From an uncultured delta proteobacterium (GTDB lineage: Bacteria; Desulfobacterota; Binatia; Binatales; Binataceae), in NCBI GenBank assembly GCA_963765675.1, contig CAVXXK010000001.1, forward strand, positions 1,120,001 through 1,184,000: a stretch of 64,000 bases of DNA, read 5' to 3'. Below are positions 1 through 10,192 of the stretch, one piece after another; the first letter of the stretch is position 1, and every line of letters begins with the position of its first letter. The notes beneath the pieces were generated by a model, which searched no databases, was not told the origin of the DNA, and was given only the letters and a program-made list of their open reading frames with translations. Position numbers and translations under genes: made by a program.

Positions 1-1
1 C

Positions 2-202
2 GTCGGCGGAGAGGTCGGCGGCTACACTTCTCTCCTGACGGAGAGCCGGCTTCACGCGGTTCAGCGCCTGCGCGCCGCCGCGGTCGAGAAAGGCGGCAAT
101 GCAGTTGTCGCGATGCGCTTCGATTGCAACGAGATCGGCGGCATCATGAGCGAGATCGCCGCCTACGGCACCGCAGTCACGATCCGCCCCAAGAAATCGT
201 AA
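2..202 (+). CDS. YbjQ/UPF0145 family protein, 5'-truncated at window edge
   Basis: Frame +2 reads VGGEVGGYTSLLTESRLHAVQRLRAAAVEKGGNAVVAMRFDCNEIGGIMSEIAAYGTAV..., the YbjQ C-terminal signature; TAA at 200-202. Confidence 0.85.
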   Translation, partial: VGGEVGGYTSLLTESRLHAVQRLRAAAVEKGGNAVVAMRFDCNEIGGIMSEIAAYGTAVTIRPKKS

Positions 203-228
203 TCAGTGCGCTTAGCCCCCGGGACCCC

Positions 229-894
229 TCAGACGCCGCGGGTATTGGGCGGCCAGATGTGCTTGTGCATCTGCAATTGCATTCGCGCGGGAAGGCTGTC
301 CTCGAGGATCCATCCTGCCAGCTTCTCGGGATCCATTTCGCCGAACGCCGGGCTGATCAGTATCGCGTTCACGCGCGCAGCCAGATCGCGTGAGCGAATC
401 GTCTCACGCGCCCATTCGTAGTCGACGCGGTCGGCGATCACGAATTTGATCTCGTCGTGCGGGCGTAGATGATCGAGGTTGCTCCACAGGTTGCGCTCCG
501 ATTCGCCGCTGCCGGGGCATTTCAGGTCCATGATCTTGATCACGCGCGGATCGAGACGGCTGACATCCGACGCGCCCGAGGTTTCGATCATCACCGTGTC
601 ATCCGCCGCGAGCAGTGCGTCGATTAGCGGATAGACGCCTTCCTGCAAGAGCGGCTCGCCACCGGTTATCTCAATCAGATTGCACAGATGACGTCCGACC
701 GCAGTCGAGATCTCTTCGATCGTCATCCGCTGCCCGCCGTAGAACGCGTACGCGGTGTCGCACCATCGGCAACGCAGATTGCATCCGGTCAGACGCACGA
801 AGACGCAAGGGCGCCCGGCGTGCGTGGACTCGCCCTGGATGCTGTAAAAAATTTCGGTGATATTGAGCCGTGCGGAAGTCATCGCCAAGGTCAT
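229..894 (-). CDS. queE: 7-carboxy-7-deazaguanine synthase (radical SAM)
   Basis: EIFYSIQGE...FVRLTGCNLRCRWCDT (CxxxCxxC), ITGGEPLLQ, C-terminal QMHKHIW. Confidence 0.92.
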   Translation of the reverse strand: MTLAMTSARLNITEIFYSIQGESTHAGRPCVFVRLTGCNLRCRWCDTAYAFYGGQRMTIEEISTAVGRHLCNLIEITGGEPLLQEGVYPLIDALLAADDTVMIETSGASDVSRLDPRVIKIMDLKCPGSGESERNLWSNLDHLRPHDEIKFVIADRVDYEWARETIRSRDLAARVNAILISPAFGEMDPEKLAGWILEDSLPARMQLQMHKHIWPPNTRGV

Positions 895-910
895 CGCAAG
901 ATTTTCGCGC

Positions 911-2125
911 TTAGCCGAACTTCGCGCGCGCCGCCGCGCGCGCTTCTTCCATCACGACGCGCAGCGCGACGCCATGATTTATCGCGGCGTGGCGGCAATC
1001 ATCATACTCCGGCGAGATCGTAACCTCCGCGCGCGAACGAGGATACGCGTGTGCGTGCGGATGAGGATGCGGCTGGTCGCCGGAGATTTTTACCCGGATC
1101 TTTCCGAAGCGCGTCTCGACTTCCTGGACCTCGCGATGCAGTTTCAGGCGCGAGGCCGAATGAAAACGCAACCCAATAGTCGAAGTCTCTTCGAAGATTA
1201 TCCGCGCCAGTTTGTCGCGGTCGGCGGCCTCGGCGATCACGCCTAGCGTCACCGCCGGACGCCCTTTTTTCATGATCGTCGGCGTGAGCGTCACGTCACG
1301 CGCGCCAGCGCCGAACAGGCGCTCCATCACGTGGTCGTAGATTTGCGGATTCAGGTCGTCGATATTCGCCGCGATCTCGATCATTTCGTCGCTCTCGAAG
1401 GGCGAATGCTCGCGACCGAGCATCATGCGCAGCACGTTGGGCCGATCCGCCAGCGTCCGCGACCCTGCGCCATAACCGATTTTCTCGATTTCAAAATTCA
1501 GCGGCAGCGTAGCTGGCCGCGCGAGCGCTTTGACGAACGCGGCGCCCGTCGGCGTCACCATCTCAGCCGCCCCGTCTCCAATGCGCACCGGAAATCCCGC
1601 GAGCAGCTCCGCGGTCGCGGGCGCCGGAACCGGAATGATCCCGTGCTGCGACCGCGTGAAGCCCGCCCCCGCCGGAAGCGGTGACACAATCAGGTCGCCC
1701 ACTCCCAGATGCTCGAGTCCCCACGCCGCGCCAACGATATCGATGATCGAATCGACGGCGCCGACTTCGTGGAAATGCACTTCGTCTGGCGTGGTGTTGT
1801 GAATTTTTGCTTCGGCGTCGGCGAGCACCTGGAAGATCGCGATCGCGCGGCGCTTGACTGGTTCGGCGAGTGTCGCGGCGCTTTCGATCATTGCGCGAAT
1901 CTCGCCGAAATGGCGCTCGGGCTGGCGCTCGGCAACTTCGACCTCGAATTTGACCGCCGAGATTCCGGAGAGCACGCGGCGGCGATGCGATAGCTGGTAG
2001 CCGGTGAGCGAAAGCGAGGCGAGCGCGCGCTCGAGCTCGGCGAAGTCCGCGCCGCAGTCGAGGATCGCGCCGACGATCATGTCGCCGGACAGGCCCGAGA
2101 AAGCGTCTAGATATGCGGTTCTCAT
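911..2125 (-). CDS. larC: Nickel pincer cofactor biosynthesis protein LarC
   Basis: Starts MRTAYLDAFSGLSGDM; VHFHEVGAVDSIIDIVG, PVPAPAT, MKKGRP, ETSTIG, PEYDDC motifs; the longer ORF to 2434 overlaps dksA. Confidence 0.92.
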   Translation of the reverse strand: MRTAYLDAFSGLSGDMIVGAILDCGADFAELERALASLSLTGYQLSHRRRVLSGISAVKFEVEVAERQPERHFGEIRAMIESAATLAEPVKRRAIAIFQVLADAEAKIHNTTPDEVHFHEVGAVDSIIDIVGAAWGLEHLGVGDLIVSPLPAGAGFTRSQHGIIPVPAPATAELLAGFPVRIGDGAAEMVTPTGAAFVKALARPATLPLNFEIEKIGYGAGSRTLADRPNVLRMMLGREHSPFESDEMIEIAANIDDLNPQIYDHVMERLFGAGARDVTLTPTIMKKGRPAVTLGVIAEAADRDKLARIIFEETSTIGLRFHSASRLKLHREVQEVETRFGKIRVKISGDQPHPHPHAHAYPRSRAEVTISPEYDDCRHAAINHGVALRVVMEEARAAARAKFG

Positions 2126-2195
2126 GTCCCGAGCTTTACATGCTATCAGGGCGCCGATAGAATCAATAACTCGGCTCGTGCCGGAACGACCAACC

Positions 2196-2555
2196 ATGAG
2201 GCAAAGAGACCTCAAGCTTTTCAGAAAACTGCTCGAAGACCGAAAGAGCGAGATCCTAGCCGAGGCGGAGCGCGCCGTCGGCTCGATGAACAGCGGCCCG
2301 GAAGAAGCTTTCGCCGACCCGACCGATCGCGCGACGCTCGAGTCGGATCGCAATTTTCTGCTCCGGATGCGCGATCGCGAGCGCAAGCTGCTCAGCAAAA
2401 TCGAAGAAGCGTTCGCGCGCATCGACGACGGCAATTACGGACGCTGCGAGGAATGCGGCGGAGAGATCGGCACCGAGCGGCTGCGCGCCCGTCCCGTCAC
2501 CACGCTGTGCATCGCGTGCAAATCCGCCCAGGAAGCCCGCGAGCGGCAGACCTGA
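2196..2555 (+). CDS. dksA: RNA polymerase-binding transcription factor DksA
   Basis: ADPTDRATLESDR coiled-coil tip, YGRCEECG...RLRARPVTTLCIACK zinc finger. Confidence 0.92.
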   Translation: MRQRDLKLFRKLLEDRKSEILAEAERAVGSMNSGPEEAFADPTDRATLESDRNFLLRMRDRERKLLSKIEEAFARIDDGNYGRCEECGGEIGTERLRARPVTTLCIACKSAQEARERQT

Positions 2556-2583
2556 GCACGCAATCGCTCGCGCGTTTCGTCTC

Positions 2584-3450
2584 ATGAAAATCACCAAGGC
2601 GGTTATTGTCGCGGCTGGATTGGGAACGCGGATGCTCCCCGCGTCGAAAGTTATTCCCAAGGAAATTTTGCCGGTGATCGATACGCCGGCGATCCAGGTG
2701 GTGGTCGAAGAGGCGGTCGCCTCCGGAATCCGCGACATCTTCGTCGTCGTCGCACCTGGGCGGACGATCGTGCTCGATCACTTCAAGGCCGCGCAAGAAC
2801 TCGAAATGCATCTTGAAGAGCGGGGCAAACACGAGGTCCTCGAGACCGTGCGGCGGACCAATACGCTCGCGCGCTTCACCCCCGTCGAGCAGGCCAAGCC
2901 GCTGGGACTAGGCCACGCGGTCCTGCAGGCGCGCGAGGTGATCGGCGACGAGCCGTTCGCGGTGATGCTGCCCGACGACATTTTCGACTGTCCGCGACCA
3001 TGCCTCGCTCAACTGATTGCGGCAGCCGAAGCCAAAGACGCGCCCGTGGTCGCACTGCTCAAAGTCGCGCGCAGCGAGATTCCAAAGTATGGGATCGTCG
3101 AAGCGAAGCCGGTTGGCGATCGGCTCTACGAGCTCACCGGTATGGTCGAGAAGCCGGCGATCGACAAGGCCCCGAGCGACCTCGCGATCATGGGGCGCTA
3201 CGTACTGACGCCCGATATCTTCGAACTGCTCGCCTCGGGAAAGCCCGGGGCGGGCGGCGAGATTCAACTGACCGACGCGTTGATGGCGTTGGCGCGCCGG
3301 CGCAAGCTCTACGGCTATCAATTCGAGGGTGTGCGTTACGACCTTGGCGACAGGGTTGGGTTTATCGCGGCGCAGGTTGGCTTCGGGTTGAAACGCCCCG
3401 ATCTGGCTGATAGGTTGCGCTCTTACTTGCAGACGATTCTAGCGTCATAA
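2584..3450 (+). CDS. galU: UTP--glucose-1-phosphate uridylyltransferase
   Basis: AAGLGTRMLPASKVIPKEILP, LGLGHAV, MVEKP, GGEIQLTDAL. Confidence 0.93.
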   Translation: MKITKAVIVAAGLGTRMLPASKVIPKEILPVIDTPAIQVVVEEAVASGIRDIFVVVAPGRTIVLDHFKAAQELEMHLEERGKHEVLETVRRTNTLARFTPVEQAKPLGLGHAVLQAREVIGDEPFAVMLPDDIFDCPRPCLAQLIAAAEAKDAPVVALLKVARSEIPKYGIVEAKPVGDRLYELTGMVEKPAIDKAPSDLAIMGRYVLTPDIFELLASGKPGAGGEIQLTDALMALARRRKLYGYQFEGVRYDLGDRVGFIAAQVGFGLKRPDLADRLRSYLQTILAS

Positions 3451-3474
3451 TCAGTACCAATCTCCGCACAGGAT

Positions 3475-3550
3475 GGGGCAGTAGCTCAGCTGGGAGAGCA
3501 CCACGTTCGCAACGTGGGGGTCGAGGGTTCAAATCCCTTCTGCTCCACCA
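3475..3550 (+). tRNA. tRNA-Ala(CGC)
   Basis: 76-nt cloverleaf GGGGCAG...TGCTCCACCA, anticodon arm CCACG-TTCGCAA-CGTGG, G3:U70 Ala identity pair, TTCAAAT T-loop. Confidence 0.97.
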
Positions 3551-4880
3551 TTTTTTCCTTGTAATTCAAAGGGTCTTTCCTCGAGTTTGCCCCTTCATGG
3601 GGCAAACGTGGGGCAAACTTCACTTTTCTGGCGTCCATTGGGTCGATCTTGGCAAGCTCCAATGCGTCAGCATGGCTCGCATGAATGAAGCGTCCGTAGT
3701 GGGTGCGAAGGGTACTCTCCATGACCCCGGTCTGCTCCGAAAGCCACGTCAGGTTCACGCCCTTGGTCAGGGCGACGGACACATAGGTGTCCTTTGTCGC
3801 ATAGAGGTCGCGCAGTCTAATTCCCAATGCGCGTTGCGCGGCGCAGAAGATCTTGTAGAAACTTCGTTGATCGATCGGACGGCCGAGTGAATTCTTGAAA
3901 ACATAATCGTCCGGCTCCGCGCGCAACTCGATCACCTGTTTCAGAACTTCTACATTTCGAGCGGTGAGCCGGACGACGCGTGCCGCAGCGGAAGTCTTGG
4001 GGGCGGACTCAGTGCTCAGGGAACGCGATCGCTCTACGAACAGAGTTCCCGCCGCCAGATCGAGAGATCGCACACGGAGAGCGACCGCTTCCGAGGGTCT
4101 CAATCCCGTGTAGAAGAGCGTGAAGAGAAACGCGTAGTAAGGGAAGTGAACGCCATCACGGTAAGCACCGAGGTTTCGGCCCAAACGCCAATGCTTGCGA
4201 AGAATGAATTCAAGCAGCCGATCCCGCTCATCTTCGATAAATGGATCAGGGCCCGGTACGACGCTCCGCGGCCATTCGACGTCCGTGAACGGAAATCCCG
4301 CGGCGATTCCGGCCTTCCGCGCGTCGCGCACCATTGCACGCAGCGAACTGTCGATGACGTTTCGCACAGTCTTCACGCTCAAATGCCGGTCGATTTGAAG
4401 CCGCGCTCTGAGTTCTTCAAGATGCCTCAGCGATAAATCTTTCAACGCCACATCGCCGACGTAAGGCAGGATGTAAGTATGGAAATGGTTGCGGTAGTCG
4501 CGAGCCCTTGAAGGGCGGACTATCGGTGGCACCCTTCGAGCGACCCAAGCCTCGTAATATTGGCCGATCGTGGGCTGGGCGTCGGCCTCGATGGATTCCG
4601 TTCCCCGAGACTCCGGGTGAAAATAGGCGTCCTTGCTGCCGTTCGGAAACCAGCTTAAGTAGTCGAAGTGGTCTGCCGCGATCTCCGCGCCGATAATCGC
4701 AGCCTGTTTGGAGAGGGCGGCGCGATTTTCGGGAATATCGCGCAGCGCGGTGGTTTCCGAGAACTTGTGAAGGCCGGTCGCCGATGGAATCCGCCACCGG
4801 AACCGCAAGCGCAAAAGTCCGCTGGCGGTCGCCTCGATCCAGCAACCCTGACGCCGCGCCTTCAGTTTACGAGGCGCCAT
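3486..4880 (-). CDS. int: Tyrosine recombinase/integrase with N-terminal arm-binding domain; C-terminus runs through attL antisense to the tRNA
   Basis: DHFDYLSWFPNGSK arm-binding motif, TGLRPSEAVAL (catalytic R), LYATKDTY, THY; located at att site. Confidence 0.88.
   Translation of the reverse strand: MAPRKLKARRQGCWIEATASGLLRLRFRWRIPSATGLHKFSETTALRDIPENRAALSKQAAIIGAEIAADHFDYLSWFPNGSKDAYFHPESRGTESIEADAQPTIGQYYEAWVARRVPPIVRPSRARDYRNHFHTYILPYVGDVALKDLSLRHLEELRARLQIDRHLSVKTVRNVIDSSLRAMVRDARKAGIAAGFPFTDVEWPRSVVPGPDPFIEDERDRLLEFILRKHWRLGRNLGAYRDGVHFPYYAFLFTLFYTGLRPSEAVALRVRSLDLAAGTLFVERSRSLSTESAPKTSAAARVVRLTARNVEVLKQVIELRAEPDDYVFKNSLGRPIDQRSFYKIFCAAQRALGIRLRDLYATKDTYVSVALTKGVNLTWLSEQTGVMESTLRTHYGRFIHASHADALELAKIDPMDARKVKFAPRLPHEGANSRKDPLNYKEKMVEQKGFEPSTPTLRTWCSPS
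3525..3548 (+). repeat. attL core (3' end of tRNA-Ala)
   Basis: Identical to 27695-27718. Confidence 0.9.
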
Positions 4881-5127
4881 TCAGGAACCCTCCTCGCTGA
4901 AGCGGTATTCCAGCGTGGTGCTGCGCGTCACGATGCTCAATGAAGCCGACAATCGCCTCCCATTTGAATACGGGCCTGCGTCCCACGTGGAAGAAGTGCT
5001 CGCCTTCACGCATGATGCCCTTAGCCATCATGGTGCGAATGGCCTGTTCGGTCCACGGCGTCAGTGCGGAGAGCTCGCGAATCGATATGTAAGGCTTGGG
5101 TTGGGTCGTAGTCTGATCGGGAGCCAT
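4867..5127 (-). CDS. Excisionase-like helix-turn-helix protein
   Basis: Small ORF overlapping int start: YISIRELSALTPWTEQAIRTMMAKG...EGEHFF..GRRPVFKWEAI, AlpA/Xis-like. Confidence 0.75.
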   Translation of the reverse strand: MAPDQTTTQPKPYISIRELSALTPWTEQAIRTMMAKGIMREGEHFFHVGRRPVFKWEAIVGFIEHRDAQHHAGIPLQRGGFLNGAS

Positions 5128-5213
5128 AACTAATGCGAACGACAGGGATGTTAAGAGTGCGCATAGTCGGCGCGCACCTGTCGTCGAACCGATCATAGGC
5201 TCAGTGCCATATA

Positions 5214-5231
5214 ATTGTCAAATTCCATAAT
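5214..5231. promoter_or_regulatory. Putative operator overlapping TTGACA -35 of xis-int promoter
   Basis: ATTGTCAAATTCCATAAT, 15/18 identical to the perfect palindrome at 13298-13315; minus-strand TTGACA at 5216-5221. Confidence 0.55.
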
Positions 5232-5257
5232 TCTTATATATCGGACAGGTTTCACGA

Positions 5258-5926
5258 TTAGGTCAGCAGCAGACCCAACCGCAGGAGCCGGACCCGCGCG
5301 GCCTGTTCAGAGACCTGGCAACGCCTCATGATCCGCGCGACCACGGCGCGCCCGGGCTCCGAATCAACGTCCAGCGGGAACTTGCTCCCATCCCGCATCG
5401 CGATCTCGCCGCCCATTACGAGCACGTACGACCGCGGCATCAACAGCGCGCCGCTAATGTATGCCGCCTGCCATTCCATCCAATCGTTCTCCGGAGCGGT
5501 CACGATGGTGTCGCGGTGGCAAGTCCATGATGGCGCGGCAGGTTCGCGCTGCGCTTCTGGCCCGGACTTTCTCCACAGCGGAGCGTGAAACCAAACGTGG
5601 CCGTACTCGTGTCCGAGAGTAGTGCGGAGCCGGTTTTTGTAGCGCGGATCCGAGAGTCGTTTCGCAATCAGTACTCTCGGCTTTCGGTCGAAAAAGAAGT
5701 CGGTATGTCCGTCTTCTTCTTGCGGGAGGTCGGCGTACATGTCGAGATCGTCGGCCTCGGCCTCAATCATGCGGATCAGGTCATCGGTTGGGATCGGAAG
5801 CCTGAAGCCGCCAGCGTGGAGATCCATGAAGTCCACGACGATCCGTTCGCATCGGTCATCAAGCTCCCCGGTCTTGAAGTAGAGACGCTTGATCGGGCGT
5901 CCGAGCGGATCGCGAAGCAGCTTCAT
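5258..5926 (-). CDS. ImmA/IrrE family metallo-endopeptidase
   Basis: RLRTTLGHEYGH (HExxH), EWQAAYISGALLMP; coupled to upstream HTH gene. Confidence 0.88.
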   Translation of the reverse strand: MKLLRDPLGRPIKRLYFKTGELDDRCERIVVDFMDLHAGGFRLPIPTDDLIRMIEAEADDLDMYADLPQEEDGHTDFFFDRKPRVLIAKRLSDPRYKNRLRTTLGHEYGHVWFHAPLWRKSGPEAQREPAAPSWTCHRDTIVTAPENDWMEWQAAYISGALLMPRSYVLVMGGEIAMRDGSKFPLDVDSEPGRAVVARIMRRCQVSEQAARVRLLRLGLLLT

Positions 5927-6252
5927 TTTCGCTTGCCGGTCGGCTTGACTCCCAGCGCCTTGCGGAACGCGCGGTAGGCAGCCTCGACCCGCGGCTGGTC
6001 GGCCTCGGTCTTCACGTCCGGGGGCTGGCGATTCGCATGAAAGTACAGCACATCGGGCGAGATGCCGACAATCTTCGCGAGCTGCTCGATCAGATGGTCG
6101 TCGGGCGGATAGCGGTGATCGTGCTCGACCGCGTTGAGGTGAGGCGGATCGACGGGCCGGCCGTCTTCACGCCTTAACCGGGCAGCAACTTCTCTCTGGG
6201 TGAGCCCCGCCTTTTTCCGAGCCTCTCTGAGCACCTGGCCAAACGTCTTCAT
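5923..6252 (-). CDS. XRE-family HTH repressor (ImmR-like)
   Basis: FGQVLREARKKAGLTQREVAARL; ATGA overlap with ImmA gene. Confidence 0.88.
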   Translation of the reverse strand: MKTFGQVLREARKKAGLTQREVAARLRREDGRPVDPPHLNAVEHDHRYPPDDHLIEQLAKIVGISPDVLYFHANRQPPDVKTEADQPRVEAAYRAFRKALGVKPTGKRK

Positions 6253-6433
6253 TCCGATTGATCCGCGCGAACCATCGCCACTCGCCGCCTCCTGATCGCT
6301 GAAGGTTAACAGAGTCCGCAGGAAATGTCATCGGAAATCCGAAATATAATAATTGTCTAATGCGAGGGAATCCGCGCACCGCCCAGCCGATCGACTCTCG
6401 TCGTAGGTCCGATCAGCGGCCGGATTCGGTTCT

Positions 6434-6721
6434 CTAACGTCCCGTCTTCGGCGCGCGCTTGCCTACGGCTCGGCGGGAATTCTTTACTGGCTCGAGTACA
6501 TTCACGCGCTGACGCATCTCGCGGACCATATCGACGATTTCCTCTCCCGAGACGTCGCTATCGATGCCCGCCACGTCGAGCGGCGAGCGACGCGAGCGTT
6601 CGGGCTGAATGAGGAACACCTGGCCGTCGCGGCGTTTCACCCGCACGGCGCCCTCGCGCCGCGCGCGTTCGAGAAGAGCGGCGAACTTCTGTCGTGCTTC
6701 GGAAAATGTATAGACCGTCAC
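6434..6721 (-). CDS. Phd/YefM-type antitoxin
   Basis: MTVYTFSEARQKFAALLERARREGAVRVKRRDG; coupled downstream of PIN gene. Confidence 0.8.
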   Translation of the reverse strand: MTVYTFSEARQKFAALLERARREGAVRVKRRDGQVFLIQPERSRRSPLDVAGIDSDVSGEEIVDMVREMRQRVNVLEPVKNSRRAVGKRAPKTGR

Positions 6722-7115
6722 GGTTGTATCTCCAATATTTTGATTCCCGCGCGGGCGGCGGCGGTCACCAACCCGTGATCGAGCGAGAGCAACGCGCAGT
6801 GATGCTGCATGGCGCAGACGAGCACATAGGCATCGTAAGCGTAGAGATCGAACTTCTGAGCCACTTCGAGCGCCCGATCAGGTCTATGTCTGAAAAGCGG
6901 ATCGGAATCTGCTGGTACGCTTCGAGTGCCCGGTGCGCGGCGCGAAGGGTGAGCCGACGGCGCTTGAACATGGCGGAAAATGCGTTGCCGACCTCCCAAT
7001 GAACCGAGGGCGGTGCAAGCAGATCCGCGGATGCGGTGGCTTTCACCAGAGCGGCGCGGTGAGGTTCGCGGACAAGAACCGCGATGATGACGGACGTATC
7101 GACCACGATCTCCAT
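6718..7115 (-). CDS. vapC: VapC/PIN toxin (one frameshift near 6875, possibly sequencing error)
   Basis: MEIVVDTSVIIAV...WEVGNAF in one frame, continuing ALEVAQKFDLYAYDAYVLVCA...LLSLD in the adjacent frame. Confidence 0.8.
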
Positions 7116-7233
7116 ACCTGTGCAATTGTACAATAAGACTCTCACAGTTTCCACCTGGCCCGCTGATTCGGGAGCATCCACCCGCGCGCGCCGGTCAATT
7201 ACCCTCCTTAGGCTCACAGCGAACGATCGAAGA

Positions 7234-7450
7234 CGAGCGTCCGCATCCCCGAAGGGGCAGGACGCGCTTGTGCGGTATGGGCTTGCGTGAACATTTTGAA
7301 GGCGCGCTCCCCTCAACCGAAATAGGGGGAGCGCGCAGGATTCCGGGACGCGCGAAGCGCAACGCTGCACGGCGTGACAAGCGAAGCGTCAGGCGAAAGC
7401 CGGTGGCGCACCGTGCCCGTGGAGCGAGCGCCACCGAATTTGGCGGCGGG
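7234..7450. other. Structured non-coding region, candidate single-strand origin (ssi/sso)
   Basis: Hairpins GCGTCC..CCCC-GAA-GGGG..GGACGC, GCGCGCTCCCCT..GGGGGAGCGCGC, CGGTGGCGC..GCGCCACCG and two GCGAAGCG motifs downstream of the relaxase. Confidence 0.4.
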
Positions 7451-7461
7451 CGGCAGGTTAA

Positions 7462-10192
7462 TCACCTTCGCATCCCGTGGCCCCGATTTAGAATGTGCCG
7501 CTGCTCATCCGGCAGGACCGTGAACGCGGAGTGGCGAACGCCAATCTGATGCGCGATCGCCATGGATTTCTCGCGGGTACGAGCGACGGCGGGTCTCAGG
7601 CGTGCGCGATTATCCGTGAAGATCGTGAGCGCGTTTCGCGCGCGGCTGATCGACACGTAAAACTGCTTCCGATTGACCAGTTCCGGCGAGAGCCGCGTAT
7701 CGATATCGACAATGACGCGATCGACGGTCGCGCCTTGCGCGGAGTGCGACGTGGAAGCGTACCCGTGGTCGATGTGACGTAGACGATCCGCCGCGACGCT
7801 CAATTCCTTGCCGTTGTCCAAGCACAAAACGGCGCGGCGAGCGTCTACAGCTTTGATTGTGGCGAAATCGCCATTGGCAACTCCGAGTGTCCGGTCGGGT
7901 GCGCGGAACTGTATACGGTCGCCTCGTGAGAGGAGTCCTTTGTTCCTCGCGAAAGACTTCGACGCCGAACAACCGAACTGGATTGTACTCGATGCACCGC
8001 CCGCGACCCGTGTTGATCGTAAGCATGTTCGCGTCTCGGTCGACTTTTTCGACATCCCCATAGGCGCCTTTGGCGATCGCGAACTGTTTGCTTCCGCGCG
8101 TGAAGCGAATCACGTCGCCCGCCTCATAGTTGTAGGCGATCGAGCGTTGCGCGCCAGAGAGGCCGCGATTCACCAAAATGGTCTGTTCAGTTCCGAGCGG
8201 CGATATGTGACCGCGCGCGATCAGCTCGGCTCGGATCGCTCTGTTCAACTCGCGTCGCTCGTCGTTCGCCGGACTGACGACCAGAACTCGCTCCCCTGAT
8301 TGATGGGCAGCAACGTACTCGCGCGCAATCTGTTTGCGGCGCTGATCGAGGTCGGCAACTTCGCGGATATCGCCGCGGTGCTCAAGAATCGCGAGCGACT
8401 CCGCTACTTCGCCTTTGGCGGCGTGCATCACCGCTTCGCGGAGCTCGGGATCGCGTTGGCGGCGGATGGTATCGAGCCGGGTGATCAGCATTCCGTCCTC
8501 TTGCATCTGATAGATGGGCCGCCCGGCTTCGATCGCATGATGCTGGCCTTGGTCGCCCACAAAGACGATCCTCGCGATGCTTTGCTCACGGGCCTTGTGG
8601 AGAAGCCGGTTAACCTGCCGGGTCGGGAGCAGGCTCGACTCGTCCACGATCCAGACTTCGTTTGAAGCAACTCGGGTTGATGGACTTTCGAGGAGGCTGG
8701 CGACGGTCCTGGCCGACACGCCGGCCTCGGCGAGCGACTTGACCGCACGCGTCGTGGGTGCGAACCCGCAGACGATGTATCCCTGGTTTTCCGCGAATTC
8801 GCGTATCGCGCCGACCGTCGTGGTCTTGGCAGCGCCGGCGCGGCCTTCGATTGAGGTGATCCAGTCGGTGGACGCAAGCGTGAGTTCGGCGACGGCAGTC
8901 TGATCAGGAAGCAAGTTGCGCTGGCTCGCCCATCGGCGGATCTCGTTCGAATTGCTGATCGCCACCGCCCTGCCCTGGCCCGCACGCATCAGTTCGATGT
9001 TCCCGCGCTCGAGCGCGATCATCTCTGGCGTCGTGTAGGCGCCTCGTGGCGAGTTCACAGAGTCGCCGGCGACAATCAGCCGGCCTTTTGCTGGAACTGC
9101 TCGCTCTCAGCGCGTATCTGATGAAGGTCAGCTCTACCCCATCGCGTGCTGCAGAGCCTTCGCTTCAAGCGCACGGCGATCAATGATTGCTTCGCGCTCG
9201 ATATTTTCGTCGATACTCTGGCGAATGGCTTCTCCCGCCTTTTCCGGATGTCGAAACTGGATGGGGCCGCGTTCGTGCGACTGCGAAAGGTGGCGCTCGA
9301 TCTCGATTCCATATTCCTGCGCACGCGAGCGCCACTCCGCCTTGAGACTCGCTTCGTCGCGATGATCCTTGGCCAGCCGCGTTCGATGCGCGATGTTCTG
9401 CGCCGCCTCAGCGCCCGCGAGCCCTTCACGGGCGAGGGTCTGTTCGATGTCCTGGCGACGACGGGAGAACGCCATCACCTGCTCGCGCGTGTAGCCGTCA
9501 AGCTCCCATCGTCCGTCTTGTCCGGCGATCGTGATTTCGTATCCAAGCTGTTGAACCTCTCGGGCTAGTTCGGAGCGGTAAACTGCGGTCGCGAAGCTCT
9601 GGGCGCGATAGATTTCAATGGGATCGAGGCCGCGCCACTGTCCGTCCGGGCGGCGGGTCATGTTGGCGATGACGACGTGCGTGTGAAGATGAGGGTCGGG
9701 ACCGTAGCCGTCTTGAACTCCACTGGCGGGCCGAGCGGCAATGTGATCGAAGCGCGCGGCGACGATATTGCTGGTCACGACCCATTCGCTGCCGCCTCGG
9801 CGGCGCGAGAGCGCATATTGTTCGAGCTCCTCCAGTGCGCGGCTGACTGCCTTACGGTGCGCCTCGATAAGGCGGTGATCATCTCCGGCCAGCCCTTGGA
9901 TGCTCACCGATTTGGGTGCGTTGAACGTGGCGTCCCAACCTGCGCGCCTGTCGTCGTAGCCGTTCGCTTTATGAACGAGCACCTCTCCGGACGCGGGATG
10001 AAGCCCGCGCAGTACAGAGCGGAAGTCTTCGGTCGCAACCTCGCCGGAGAGTCCCAACTCTTCAGCGCCGCGGCCGAACCATTGACCTACGACCCGCTGC
10101 TTCTCGGTGTAGTAGTCGTCCTGCGAGTACTTCTCTTCGTAATAGGTCTCGGCTTGGGCGGCGGTGAGCGCGCCTTTGGACATTACCAGCAT
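7462..10192 (-). CDS. MOB-F (TrwC/TraI-like) relaxase-helicase, split by frameshifts near 9135 and 7940
   Basis: N-terminal YY/DDYY, DATFNAPKSVS, PHLHTH (HUH); helicase GRAGAAKTT, VDESSL, VGDQGQH, HGYASTSHSAQGATVD across ORFs 9134-10192, 7610-9058, 7462-8061. Confidence 0.9.

Noticed and set aside
2126-2434. N-terminal extensions of LarC and DksA in the ORF track
   Set aside because: Antisense overlaps of the two divergent genes; family-typical starts are at 2125 and 2196.
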